From Octopus vulgaris (Eukaryota): a DNA stretch of 64,000 nucleotides. The stretch covers positions 75,144,001 to 75,208,000 of the forward strand of contig OX597821.1 in NCBI GenBank assembly GCA_951406725.2. Direction: 5' to 3'. The position numbers and the translations under genes were made by a program. Each line of letters starts with the position of its first letter. Within the stretch, counting starts at the first letter, position 1. This document shows, in pieces, positions 51,108 through 64,000 of the stretch. The notes beneath the pieces were generated by a model, which had not been told where the DNA came from, ran no database searches, and saw nothing but the letters and a program-made list of their open reading frames with translations.

Positions 51108-51603
51108 GATATATTTACGCACCATGCAGTTAAAGAGAACTCATTACTCATTTTACCCCATCTCAAACGTAATTTTGAACCTCGAACATTATCAAATAAG
51201 GTGGTGTAGTAAGAAAAATTAATTTGGAATCCAACAGAGAAAAGAATATTGATTGTTTAACATAAAAAAATCATCCAGATATTTTATTTTCCACCTCAGT
51301 TGCAATCGGGTCAAATTTCAAGAACGATTTCTCGAAAAAAAAGAACAAAAACAGTAGCTGTCACCTGACTATGTTTTGGACTCTTTGAACTTCAACAACA
51401 ACAACAACAATTATACCAACCATTTTTTATTCCTAAAGATGATGCAATAGTTCTAAACGGTGAAGGAATACTTGTAATGAAATGATGTCAAACAGGTAGG
51501 GAGAAACGAATAATGTATCAGGAATTACTCATTTTGCCCCGGTTACAAATTTTGAACCTCACCTATATATGCATATATATATATTCATGTTCATATACAT
51601 ACA

Positions 51604-51661
<58 letters not shown>

Positions 51662-51669
51662 ATTTTCAG

Positions 51670-52048
51670 TCATTTTACTTGTTTCAGTCATTTGACTGCG
51701 GCCATGCTGGAGCACCGCCTTTAGTCGAGCAACTCGACCCCAGGACTTATTCTTTGTAAGCCCATTACTTATTCTATCGGTCCTTTGCCGAACCGCTAAG
51801 TGACGGGGACGTAAACACACCAGCATCGGTTGTCAAGCAATGCTAGGGGGACAAACACAGATACACAAACTCATATACATACATATATATATACATATAT
51901 ACGACAGACTTCTTTCAGTTTCCGTCTACCAAATCCACTCACAAGGCATTGGTCGGCCCGGGGCTATAGCAGAAGACACTTGCCCAAGATGCCACGCAGT
52001 GGGACTGAACCCGGAACCATGTGGTTGGTTAGCAAGCTACTTACCACA
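51670..52048 (-). mobile_element. SINE B, young copy very similar to 14368-14775
   Basis: Near-identical body; the extreme 5' end is missing. Confidence 0.9.
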
Positions 52049-52080
52049 AGCTACTTGTGATCATATATATACTTGTGATC

Positions 52081-52118
<38 letters not shown>

Positions 52119-52499
52119 GTGTGTGTGTGTGCGTGTATATATACATATGTGTATGTATACACACACACACATATATATATGTTTCAAGTTTTGACTCTAG
52201 GCCATTTATTTACCTGGAGTGAAACTCCCAAAGACTGGTAGTGCAAAAATGCAGATTTCTTAGTTCTAACCCCAGTCACCACGTTCAGTTGGAGATTAAG
52301 ATTACCTTTTGGTTTTAGTATTGCTTCTGTCGCTATTAAGTATGCATATATAGGCATATAATTAATACAATTAATTGCCTATAACTTTTTAGAGCATGCT
52401 GACTACTTGATAAAACTGATTAACGTGATTTTTATCCTAATATTCTTCGATATATGCACATATATATTTGAATAAATGATACTTTGTAGTTTATATATT

Positions 52500-52550
<51 letters not shown>

Positions 52551-53630
52551 GGAGAGAGAGGGGGAGAGATTGTAGAAAAGAGATATTTTAAAGGATCAAT
52601 GAAAATGGTGAAATAATGCCTAACGAAGCGACAATAATCGTAATTGAAGTTTTGAAAATGCAATCGGAAAAAATGGAAATTTTGTGCCTTTTTAGAAACC
52701 AAGATTCTTAACAAGCAATAAGACTGGCCAGAGATAGACAAAATAAGAACAATGCAATACCATTTTTGTGATCATGTGTTCAGCTGTTAGTTTTTTCCCC
52801 CTAAACTATGTAGACATTCTTGTATTCACTATCCACAATAATAGAGAGAGATAACTGCCAGTAAGTCGAGGGTTTCAGGCGAAATCCATACTTATGTTGT
52901 TGAAATTACTCGCTTTACGTTCCAACATAAAAATCTTCGCTTTTATTTTCTTTCATTCTTTGTTCTAGAGATCGATGAAATTTGATTGTCTTTCTCCAAG
53001 GGGTCGATTAAATTGCGGTCTTGTGCTAGATTGTGAAATCAATATTTAATCTAACGATTGAGATGTGCACGGATTAGCTTCGACTCCTGACACCTAATTT
53101 TCTGGAGAGAATAATAATTCCTTAGACCTGTTTCCACGTGAAGTAAAAGAATGAAAGAAATCGGTCTTCATTTTACCTATGTCTGCGAAGACATCCTCTT
53201 TTTAGCTGTATCTATGCAGAGAGTAACTAAGAGAGGTATTCCTAAGATTTATTTCTATGAAGCATTCCGTAAACCGATTTCTCTGAAAAAAAATATGAGA
53301 GGCGCTCTTTTCCTATCTTTCTGTGAAGTGGAAACTTATGAGAGGAACTCGTTAAACCTATTCTTGCATATTGAATTGCTGCAAGAACTTCTTGCCATAC
53401 GTAGCCTTCTAACCAATATCAGGAGAGTTCCAATATGTGGCTTCAAGTATAAGTTATTTTCGTTAATGCATTCTCTTGTTGATTTCCCCGAGAGTAGATC
53501 TGATTAAATAAACACTTCACATCATTTTCCAAACATGGCCATCTCATTTGATTTTCATATTAAGTTTATTTTATGTTTAGTTTTTGGATTTAGTTTGCAA
53601 GATTCTTTATATGAGTTCGTGTGTTGAAGC

Positions 53631-53916
53631 ATATTCTGTTGTGCCTGAGGAGAGTCATTCTCTTTTGGTGCCTTATAATTTAACACACTCACCGTTAAAA
53701 TTTCCACTTATTTCTTTTTAATTTTTTTTATTTTTCTGAAATTTTCGTTGAGTCTTGCAACCTTTGCAAAACTATTGAAAAGGTTGAAAGACGCAACGAA
53801 AATAAAAAAAAAAAAATAATAATAATAATAAAGAAATAAGTGGAAATTTTACCGGTGAGTGTGTTAAATTATAAGGCACAAAAAGAGAATGACTCTCCCA
53901 AAACACAACAGAACAT
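53631..53916. repeat. Fold-back inverted repeat with ~140-bp arms
   Basis: GGAGAGTCATTCTCTTTTGGTGCCTTATAATTTAACACACTCACCG vs CGGTGAGTGTGTTAAATTATAAGGCACAAAAAGAGAATGACTCTCC; centre near 53771. Confidence 0.9.
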
Positions 53917-54249
53917 ATTTTATGGATTTTCTTTAAACTTTATCTTGCATAGATTTTGGAATACTTAATCCCAGCCGACAATGTGTGATTTGTTGGAAAG
54001 TAGTCCAGAAGATGGAACTCCCACAGAGAAGAACTCTTATTGCTTCGTTAAAGTAATAATTTAATGAAACAATTCAACATACACTGAGTGTAATTTTTTT
54101 TATGCCAGCAGAACACCTAAGAACTCTCTCTGTCTATCGGCTTTGGCAATGATCACTACGCTCTGGATGAGCTTAGGGGAAGAGGCAACTGAAAGAACCG
54201 AATGTAATCTCTCGTTGTACGGCAGAAACGAATCTAAAGAGTTATATGT

Positions 54250-54675
54250 GGTGGCGAAATGCTTAGCAGCATTTCTCCCCCTTCATTACGTTGCGTGTTC
54301 ACATTCTTCTTTGGTCGACTTTGTAAATTTTCCTTTTGGGGTACGATAAAGTAAGTGCTAATCAAGCACTGGAGTCGATGTAATCGACTTGCTCTTTTGC
54401 ATAAATTGCTGGCCTTGTGTCAAAATTAGAACGTTACAATAACAACAACAACAAAGACAACATCGGCATCAACAATAATAATAATATTTTCTACTGAAGG
54501 CACAAGGTCTGAAGTTTGAGGATGGGTGCCAGTTGATTGTATAATTCCCAGTACATAACTGGTACTTATTTCATCGACCCGAAAGGATGAAAAGCAAAGC
54601 CGAATTCAGAACATAAAGACGGACGAAATGCTGCTAAGCATTTTATCCGGGCTGCTAATGATTCTGCCAGCTCGA
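54250..54675. mobile_element. Two SINE A copies tail-to-tail (54250-54432 plus, 54487-54675 minus)
   Basis: Core and tail-2 motifs in opposite orientations. Confidence 0.8.
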
Positions 54676-54821
54676 CAACTTAACAAAATAGCAATGATGA
54701 GAGTTATAGTGAAACTAAATTTTATTATGTCTGCTAGAAAAGACTTTAAACTCAAGTATTTTTTATTTCATTATTAAATCTCAGAACGAGATGTAAACAG
54801 TAACCGCTCGACAATGCAATT

Positions 54822-55108
54822 TATAATTGCCATCTCAATATGGCTAACCACAAGGGGGGGGGTGTTACTGTAGCTTTTAGCCCCAGGAGATCATCGTCTC
54901 CAGCTGGCTTTAGGCACACTATCTGTGCCCTTATGGTATTTGCAAAGGGAGGCCATCCCTTTGCAATACCATAAGGGCCTCCCTTTGCAAATACCATAAG
55001 GGCACAGATAGTATGCCTAAAGCCAGCTGGAGACGATGATCTCCTGGGGCTAAAAGCTACAGTAACACCCCCCCCTTTGTGGTTAGCTATATTGAGATGG
55101 CTATTATA
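54822..55108. mobile_element. Young fold-back element or MITE: 133-bp arms, ~4 mismatches, 21-nt spacer
   Basis: Arms 54822-54954 and 54976-55108, bounded by TATA at both ends. Confidence 0.85.
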
Positions 55109-56679
55109 CTTTACATATTTTAATTTCATTTTCAGAATATGCTGTTGTACTTTTGGTACTTCCATATTTCTACATTAATCTATTTTTCTACGTTAATCCA
55201 TCTCTATTTCTGTGTTAAAATATTTTATTCTTACTTCATGGATACGAAAGACATATAGAGATCATGTAAGTTTCCTTTTCTTCATCTTGTGAAAAGAAAC
55301 AAGTATTCTCCCGAGTATAATGCGAATAATTTATACAGACAACAAATGTAATTGTTTCAATAAATTCAGAAATTTTATCTGTGATAATTCATTAAAATAA
55401 ATTGCATAAGCTTAACTAACAGCTCAGGTTTCATTTTCATGTGGGGTTTATTCCGAATCACAGATCTCATACAAAATTAATTTAGAATCAATTAGGAAAT
55501 TCTTATTATATGATTGGGCGTCAAAATGTAGACACACTCTGAATTATCGGAAATCATTTAAAATATTCTAAAAACTATATAAGTTCATACTCCCGCATGA
55601 CAAGTCAAAACCGTATAGAGGTTGGCGAACATGGTTGTACAAAACCATGTGTAATACACAGAATTTAAAGTGTTCGTAGACAAAGGTAAGTGATACGATC
55701 CACAGGAAGCGGGAGAAAATGATGACTGCAGTGAAAAAGAGAGGTCAATGAAGAGGGACAGGAAAGTCAATTTGTTTGAATATCAGCGTTGATAAGAAGA
55801 AGAATCGGGTGAATATTTTAACAGCAGGAATTTGTCTCAACTCCAACGATTTGTTAGTTTCCTATGACCAGGTTCTCTTGTTGCTGGTGTATTGACGTTC
55901 ATTATTCATTTAAAATCTGTTGAAACTTGTCTCATGTAAATTTTTCAACGTATTTTTCAATGAAACACTTCCTGGTTGAAGTTATGAATGAAACATTTGT
56001 CAACAACGTACACAGCCTATCAATGAGTTGCTTACAAAGTTTTTGTGAAAGAAATAAATGAAATACATACTTTTTAAATCTTGTTTGAATTTTTCTTAAT
56101 TTCCGCTGTTTATTTGTTTAAGTTTTATTTAATTTCCGTTATTTATTTGTTATTTATAATTCTTTCGTTGTATCAACTTACTAAAATACAATCACACATT
56201 GTATATTTAAAGACACCCAGAGATTAACAAATGTTTTCGATGAATACCCGCTGAAATTGTTTTCGTTCTGTATTTCACTAGAATCAGACGTATTACATTT
56301 TGTTATGTAATGCACAATAGGAAATATAACAAACAGAGACGTCATCTGTGCAGTGCAGTCATGAACGGGGCTGCGTTGGCAGTTTTAGCAGTAAGTCATG
56401 TTCAGGAATTTATATCCTGATTTCTGTTGGGTATCCTCTGTTCCATTACAGAAAAAAAAAGCAATGCTAGTGGCACTGAATACTAACATCATCCAATGTA
56501 TGGAGGACACATGATATCAGTAACCCCTTCAAGATATAAAAAAATGGTTGACTTTGATTCCTCTCTTTATATATCTATTCATCCATTATTCATTTCAAAT
56601 TTATTTAATAAAATAAGCATATATATATATATATATATATATTTTAATTAAGAGTAAATTCTCACAAAATATTTTAGAA

Positions 56680-56917
56680 CGCGTGGCTTAGTGGTGTCAG
56701 CACCATGATCGTAAGATTGTGGTTTCGATTCCTGGACCGGGCGAAGCGTTGTTTTCTTGAGCAAAACACTTCATTTCACGTTGCTCCAGTCCACTCAGCG
56801 GGCAAAACTGAGTATCGTTGCGATGGACTGGCGTCCCGTCCAGCTGGGGAACACATACACCATAGAAACCGAGAAACCGGGCCCATGAGCCTGGCTAGGC
56901 TTTAAAAAGGGCGCATT
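56680..56917 (+). mobile_element. SINE family D with CORE-like and V-domain-like segments (fragment also at 24113-24180)
   Basis: GCGTGGCTTAGTGG A box, GGTTTCGATTCC B box, TTCTTGAGCAAAACACTT, GCGATGGACTGGCGTCCCGTCCAG. Confidence 0.8.
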
Positions 56918-57959
56918 AATTATTTTTTTTATATTCAATTAATCATATATTAGGTTTATGCAATCAAGTCGGTGTTGTATTTAAAATCTATATATCTAGC
57001 TCGAAGTTTTCTACTCGCTGATATATCTGCTCAGAAACCTCGCTCTGCTATAACTCAAGAAACACATAAAATTAATTGGCACAAAAGAAAAAAACAGACT
57101 CTTTGCATTGCTTCTATTTCTTTACTGTCCAAACTGATATGTTCAATAATTCGATAAAAAAATAAGAAAGCCGCCATATACAGGGTTCGTTTAAGAAATG
57201 GAGTCAGGACAATATATTTCTGACCTTTCAAGCAAATTCAGTCCTGGAAAGATTCGAAATTAGAGCTTAAAATATAACTTAATACTTTTAAATTTCTCTA
57301 TTCCTGCAGCTACGTAAGGTTTGCCTTTATATAAGCTTGTCTTCATGTAAACTTTATGTAAGTTTGTCGTTATATAAGCTAAAATGTCTATTACAGTTTC
57401 TAAATATTATTAACATTAGAAATGATTTAACGCTGGTGTCAGCATTTCAAGTAATCGATATAATGCCACAAGTTTGCATGAACGAGACACAACTGATTGA
57501 AATAATTTGTATTTTATTACTGGTATTATTTTACAAAATCCGCAGGGAATAAAGGCGGAATCGAACTTGAGTAATTTTGAATTTGGAAGACAAAATTGCA
57601 ATCAAATATGGCAAAGAAGCTGATCAGGTGTCCTATAAGTTCTACAATTAAAGTATTATCTAAAAGGAATAAATAACTCGTATAGAAACGTCTGTCGAAG
57701 ACTTGTCCACTTATGATGCTACCGTTTGCACCATTATACATTTTCTCTATGATTCGCAATGTTTGCAATAGGTCGTTCAAATATTTCTCATAACAAGAAA
57801 TTCGTTGGCCTGTAATGAGGTCACTTGTTGGAATTAAATGAAATAAAATCATACAATAAAATACAATACAATAGAATAGTTTGAATTGTATCTGGAACGA
57901 AATGATTACGGTACAGTGTGACCCGAATAAAATATTAAAAGAATACTAGAAATAACAGA

Positions 57960-58003
<44 letters not shown>

Positions 58004-58229
58004 GAGAAAGAAATAGAGGGAGGGAGAGGAGGAGAGAGAGAGGGGAAGAGAGAAAGAGAGAGAGAGGTTTTATAATCAAAGGATGATTCAAATTCTAGAG
58101 AGGATTAGTGAGACTATGATCGTTATTTCTTTACTCTTTACGTGTTCCAATGAATTCTCTTTAGACGGACATTCTAACAATAATCTCGTTTAGTTAAGGA
58201 AGAACTTACTAGCGGTTAACACTTGTCAA

Positions 58230-58560
58230 AGTACAATGTAAAAGCCAGTTATTTATGCTTGCCGATGCGATGAGATGTTTATTGCAAGCCTAAGATACGT
58301 TTATCGTAACAATGGCGTCTAGGATTAGACGCGTTTAAGGGAAGAGAATTCGCGCTAATCTGGCCCATATCCACAATACAGCTGTCAGTTTCGATGTTTG
58401 CAGCCGAGCAATTTTTAATGAGATTTTAATGTGACCGTCAATGCCAACAACGCAGTATTTCTGCCGGGGAAGAGGGGTCAGTCTTTATTCTGTCACACAA
58501 AGAACATTATTACCACCATTTTGTGATCAGTAAAATCGTCACCTTAACACCTTTGGTTAT
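58230..58560. promoter_or_regulatory. Repeat-free island, candidate enhancer
   Basis: AACAATG (Sox-like), GGATTA/CTAATC, two CTGTCA sites, TTTAATG and retained CpGs. Confidence 0.3.
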
Positions 58561-59933
58561 ATACATTAAAGAAAAAGAATAAGTAAATGAAATAGAAAAG
58601 TATTTGGAATAAATTTTTAAATAGTTTTTTTCTTACCAGGCTTAATAGTTCTTATGTTTTGGACTAAGGAAAATAAAAGGAAAATAACGATGTTATGATG
58701 TTCATGCACTTACTGAAGATCATTAATGGTTTAATAGACGCTAAGTTGCTTCCAAGTAGAATGGAAAACTTATCAAACGCAAATGTCGATAAATCGTGCA
58801 ATAATAACTATTCTTAACGTTGACACTGACCAGACATTTTATGAGAGAGCCGGAATTGATTAAATCGACATCGGTGCTTGTCTCATTTTACTGGAACAAG
58901 GAGGGTTGAAACAGATACAACTAAATACTGCAGGTTATTTAGAATATCATTCTCTTGATTTTATCGCACGCCAACTTAAACAGTGCAACTGTAATACCTT
59001 CCGCATTACTTTGAGCTCGAATACGAGAAACTCAAACGTGATTCCCTCCTACGTCACCGTTAGCGCCATATTACTTTTGTGATGTGGAAAATATTCCAAT
59101 AGCATTGTCCAGATGATGTTGGCATCAACATTAAAATTTACCCAAGGCTTTGTCCCTGTGCCATTCGTCCACTACAAAAATCCTACTCGCTTCACATCAA
59201 AATACTAAGACATAGATGTATTTCCCCTCAACTGGCGCTGCATTGTTTAGCATCATGCCAAGACACGTAACAGAACAAAAAGATCTCATAACACTCAAGG
59301 AGTTCCTGAACGAGTATCTCCAGTAAATTCTAGATAACTTACCTATATTCTGACAGAAATAACTCTTTATTCAAATGGGCTATGGTGTCCAAACAATGAG
59401 TGTAATATGAAGCATCTTTTCTAGGCGGTTCATTTAAGTTAATCATGGCCTGGGCCAATTGTATCAGGAACTTATCTAAGTATCGAGGCTCTATATTTTG
59501 TCTGAAGGAAGAGCTGAAGGTAGAAATAAGACACTGTAACAAAGATCTATTCTTTCCTCGGCCGAGATGAAACCATCCAAGAAGAGTGCAATCCGTTGGC
59601 ATCTTCGTTACCAATCAATCTTCAAATAAATGTTAGGACTTTTTACATTCTGCAACCAGGTTTCTAATTTTGAAATGTCAGTATACCTACATTGAATTTC
59701 GAAATTACCAATATTCAGTGGTGGGCATATTTAATTAGTCTCGTTGTCAGCTATCAAAAGCATGATTTTGCAAATTAGATAAGCCATTTTAGCTGAGTTT
59801 TGGTTTGTAAATCCAGAGATAGAAAACGAGGGTATTTAGTCACTGAGAAGTCAGAAAGTAGAATTTAATCGAATGAGGAGACATTCCCAGGACCAATATA
59901 TGTGTGTCTACAAAGAGATAAAACCTGTATCTA

Positions 59934-60056
59934 CAGGGTGATTCAAAAGTCACCATACATAGGAATTTTTTTAATAAGTAACAGTTAAATAAAAAAAAAA
60001 CTGATTCTTATAAAAAATAGATTGTTCTTATGTATGGCGACTTTTGAATCACTCTG
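59934..60056. mobile_element. Tc1/mariner-type MITE (123 bp)
   Basis: TA|CAGGGTGATTCAAAAGTCACCATACATA ... TATGTATGGCGACTTTTGAATCACTCTG|TA. Confidence 0.9.
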
Positions 60057-61246
60057 TATATTCTTTCGCAAATATTTGTAGAAAATAGGAATGATCGCCT
60101 AAACTTCAACAGTTTATATCAGGAGTTATTTGTAACACCCAATTCAAGCAGAGGTAGATTTAAACTCAAAATCTAGAAGAATTAAACTAAAACCGAAAGA
60201 AATTCTGAGTATCTGCATCTCTCGAATATTTAAATTAATATAGATGACTTAGGAAATTTGCATATGGATATAAATTTCTAGGGCAAAATTACAGGTCACT
60301 TAATTTTACCTTGTATATGGCTGACTTTCATTTATCAGGGACATAACAGAACAGTCGAATCTCATAAGATTTGAGAGTTAGAATAGTATAAGGGGTAATC
60401 TCCCGCTGAAATAATTTCACAATCCAGATACGGCTCTGGCTGCCAATAAACGGTTAAATGTTTTGGTTGTCGCATTGCAATCATTGTTCTTCTCAGACGC
60501 ATTGAAATACGTAAAATACTTGTTATGCAACGAACCAATTAAACATAGCCGAAGTCCTATCATCTGGGTACATGAAATCGTCTCAGTAATTACATCTTGT
60601 TATTACATTTTTAATTGCAATCGTTATTTGGATCCTGGATATGCCCTTTATACCCAACTTAATTCGGACAATTAGCCATTATTTTTGAATGAAGTGTAGT
60701 AACACTGTTACCCAGTAAACCAGTGCTACTTAAAGTGGTGGTAATTGGACGGGTGCTGTCTGCGAGCCATCAGCTGCCGGTACGCGGCGAGTTTCCAGAA
60801 AAGAAAGAAACATTATAAAATGCTTATGAAATGCTTATGTAATATTGTATTATTTGTTTACAAAATAAATATGAGATACAAAAAAATTGTCAGCTTTTAT
60901 TATATTCATTATATATATTGTTTCCGATATAAATAAATTTTACTAAGAAATATTACTGGTCCCTGGCACATTGGGGAAAAAACTGCCGGTACACCACATC
61001 AGATAGTTTGAGAAGCATTGCAGTAAACCACTGACATATGTACATATCATGACTTGTATTAAGATGCGCCATACTAAATTGCATTTTTGTGGAGATAAAA
61101 ATGAAATGTGAGGGCATCGAAAGAGCAAAGAATTCACTAGTTATAAAATACACCGTTCCCTACTCTTTTAATATTGCCTACAATCAATAAATGAAGCACT
61201 AATAAATAATAGTGTAGGCCATGACGCCTTCACATTTCAGGTTAAA

Positions 61247-61474
61247 CAGGGTTGGCCAAAAGTCACCCGACAGTCAATCAAATTCTATAAATATTCAATT
61301 TTATTTATTCATTCCAATTATGAGTGTTTAATAATTGAATGCTGTGATTTAAAATCACCGTTATTTTTTTCACATTATCTGTCTATTTATTAGCGAAGTT
61401 TCATATAAAATAAATTTTTGTTTAAATTTTGGAAATAAATGGATTTTCTGTCAGGTGGCTTTTAGCGAATCCTG
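61247..61474. mobile_element. Tc1/mariner-type MITE
   Basis: CAGGGTTGGCCAAAAGTCACCCGACAG ... CTGTCAGGTGGCTTTTAGCGAATCCTG|TA. Confidence 0.8.
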
Positions 61475-61832
61475 TAGAGTGAATTACATGTTGGCTGGTT
61501 AAACGTTACTCCTTAATTCAAATAACTTTTTCTATCGGCAGATATTTAACTTACAAGAATGACTACCATTTTATAGATCATTATGTGGGTTGTGATAAAT
61601 TGTTGTGGGAAGAAGTGCACTCCGACGTCCGAGAAATGATTGCGTGTCTGAGAGATAAAACGAAAAATTGTTGCGCACTTAAAAGACGAAGGTTGTTGAT
61701 GTTATTCTTTTTACCTACGGCATATGAACTTATACTCATCAATTTTTCTAGGTAGCTTTCGACAATTTAGCCCACCGTCAGATTTATCGAACTGTCAACT
61801 AGCCTGGAAAATGATGTAAAGTGTCAAATATT

Positions 61833-62045
61833 CTTTTCTTCTCTAGGCACAAGGCCTCAAATTTTGGGGAAGGGGCACAGTCGATTAGATCGACCCCAGT
61901 AAGCAACTGGTACTTACTTTATCGGCCCCGAAAGGATGAAAGGCAATGTCAACCGCAGTGGAATTTGAACTCAGAACCTAAAGACAGACGAAATACGGCT
62001 ACGCATTTCGCCCGGCGTGCTAACGCTTCTGCCAGCTCACAGCAT
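61833..62045 (-). mobile_element. SINE A monomer (tail-2) with 18-bp TSD
   Basis: TGTAAAGTGTCAAATATT (61815-61832) / TGTAAAGTGTCAACTATT (62046-62063). Confidence 0.95.
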
Positions 62046-62242
62046 TGTAAAGTGTCAACTATTGATACCATAACAGTTTCTCTAGAACCTCTGCAACGGT
62101 AGACGCGCGCACCCCCCCCCCCATATATATATGTATACACGTGTGCGTGTGAGTGTGTGTGCGTCTGTACATATGTAAATGTAAATATATACATTGACAG
62201 AGAGGAAGAGAGGGAGCGGGGACAGAAATAGAGATGGAACGA

Positions 62243-62279
<37 letters not shown>

Positions 62280-63121
62280 GATACGATTGCAAACAAAAGA
62301 AAACAACACTAAATATGCAAATCGTATACCATAGAGAAAAAATAAAAATATTTACATTGAATATTTGACCAGGAGATGCTTAACTTTAAGTTTCGTAGAT
62401 GCAAAGGAAACACCCGATCATTCGTTTGCTTACTTCCAAGTGCTGAGGGAGCTACAAAATCTAGATTTGGCTGATATGAGTTGTTATAATTTGTTGGTTA
62501 AAATTCAAGAGCAAAAATAGAGAATACTTATAATCGAAGCACACTGTTACGAGGTTTTCCTGCTGGGTGTTCTTTCTTCGGACACAGCTTAATCTTTCAA
62601 AATTTGGTTGGTACAGCCATACACCCCTTCTTTCTATCTATCTGCTCAGCAATCACTAAATTGCTGGGCTCGTAATGACCCTGAAGCAATTGTTTCAGAC
62701 AACTTCTTTCAAGCTTACACGATGTGGATTCATTCTTGGTTTCCTATAGCACGATATCGATCTCTGCTCTAGCAAAACAATTTGTTATGTCAGTCTGGCC
62801 TTCCATAGTACTTTGGAATATAAACATTAAAGGCTTTCTGTAGAAAGTTAGCCTCTTGTATTAGTATCAGAATATTAAGTCTCTTTCGAGTACCCACCCA
62901 TTATATTTACCTAGAGCTACGGTGAAAAGTTCAGGGATGGTTATGAGGTGGTATGAAACAATTCCCGGACTAGTTCTGTTGCTGGCTAACAGATGGCAGC
63001 GCATGGTTGCGTGTTCAGTGAGAGCTGGCAGTCTCCTTCTTGATCCGTGTGCTCGATGACATCGCAAGTTTGAAATTTGTGTTTTGGGGATCACATTTAT
63101 GCAGTAGTCAACGATTTTGTT

Positions 63122-64000
63122 ATGGACAGGAAGTTGGAACAAAGAGCCAACGTGAAATTTTGCGTTAAACTTGGGAAGTCTGATACAGAGACATTAAGCT
63201 TGCTTCGGCAAACTTACAGTGACGAGGCAGTGGATCGTACGCAATGTTTCGAGGGGCACGGGCGCTTCAAAAGCGGAAGAACGTCTCTGGTAGACGATAA
63301 GCGATCTGGAAAAGACCTTCCACTGGTGTCATCCCCGGAAAAGTGGGGAAAATTTATCAGCTTGTGCATGAAGATGGTCGGAGCACAATCAACGACATTG
63401 CTTACGTTGTTGGTCTATCGTATGGGGCTGTGAAGGCAATCCTAACGTCTGAACTGACATTGCGGCGTGTCTCTGCCAAGTTTGTCTCACGCCAGCCACA
63501 CTTCGTTTCACTTACGACAAAACTTTGAACACAGGTTAATCATTAAAAGGCCTTTGGCTACCCAGATCGCCAGACATAATGCCTCTCGATTTCTTTTTAC
63601 TCGGCTATATCAAGGACGCTTTGTTTGCAAAGAATTCGCGCACACTTGATTAACTGTGAATAGATATTACTGATATTGTCCAAAATATCCCACGTGGAGT
63701 TTTGATTAAACACCGTGTCGAAGTTTGTCAAGATCTTCGTCAGATTGTCGCTAATGATGAATTCTTAATGTCGAGGATCATCACCGGTGTCGAGAGTTGG
63801 GTCTATGGGTACGACCCTGAGACGAACCAGCAGTCGTCACAATAAAAGATCACTTCATCTCCACGACCGAAGAAGGCATGACAGATCCGCAACTCAATCA
63901 AGAGCATGCTCATCGTTTCTTTCAACATCGGCAGTATTGTGCAACGAGAATTCGATCTCCGAGCACTAGACCGTCAATTTAGAGTTCTACTGAGACGTTT
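63122..64000 (+). pseudogene. Mariner (Mos1-like) transposase pseudogene, running off the window
   Basis: EQRANVKFCVKLGKS.TET..LL..Y...RFKSGRTS..D..RSG, AKFVSR, then RIITGVESWVYGYDPET.QQSSQ* (catalytic D changed to V), PRPKKA* and MLIVSFN; frameshifts and stops present. Confidence 0.9.
63494..63710 (+). pseudogene. Nested fragment of a different Tc1-superfamily transposase
   Basis: WLPRSPDIMPLDFFLLGYIKDALF matches WPPRSPDL.PLDF.LWG.LK and lies out of order, upstream of the mariner first D. Confidence 0.75.

Noticed and set aside
54821-55165. 114-aa non-repetitive-looking ORF
   Set aside because: It spans the fold-back palindrome and has no domain; stop-free by chance.
59339-59614. 91-aa minus-strand ORF, perhaps an L1/Tx1 3' relic
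   Set aside because: No diagnostic motif I can identify; needs a homology search.

Overview
AT-rich, repeat-saturated animal DNA, probably intergenic or intronic. The dominant tRNA-derived SINE families and dense TA/CA/TAA microsatellites resemble an octopus (coleoid cephalopod) genome; this is inferred from recalled repeat motifs, not from a search. No intact protein-coding gene is supported, and most listed ORFs are translated microsatellites or SINEs. Recognisable content: four tRNA-headed SINE families, relics of R4/Dong-like, RTE and Penelope-like (GIY-YIG) retroelements, a decayed mariner transposase carrying a nested Tc1-like fragment, several TA-flanked MITEs, a piggyBac-like end and a possible solo LTR. 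Four signals stand out. (1) At least 8 minimal type I hammerhead-ribozyme motifs from several unrelated families, mostly with palindromic stem III and often next to (TA)n tracts; one carries a (TA)n microsatellite inside stem II. (2) Several long fold-back inverted repeats, some turning at a hammerhead core. (3) A SINE that inserts as head-[core-tail1]n-core-tail2 concatemers bounded by a single target-site duplication. (4) A GC-rich island with an HDV-like P1/P3/L3/P1.1 fold that overlaps hammerhead motifs. All folds were paired by eye and no activity is demonstrated.
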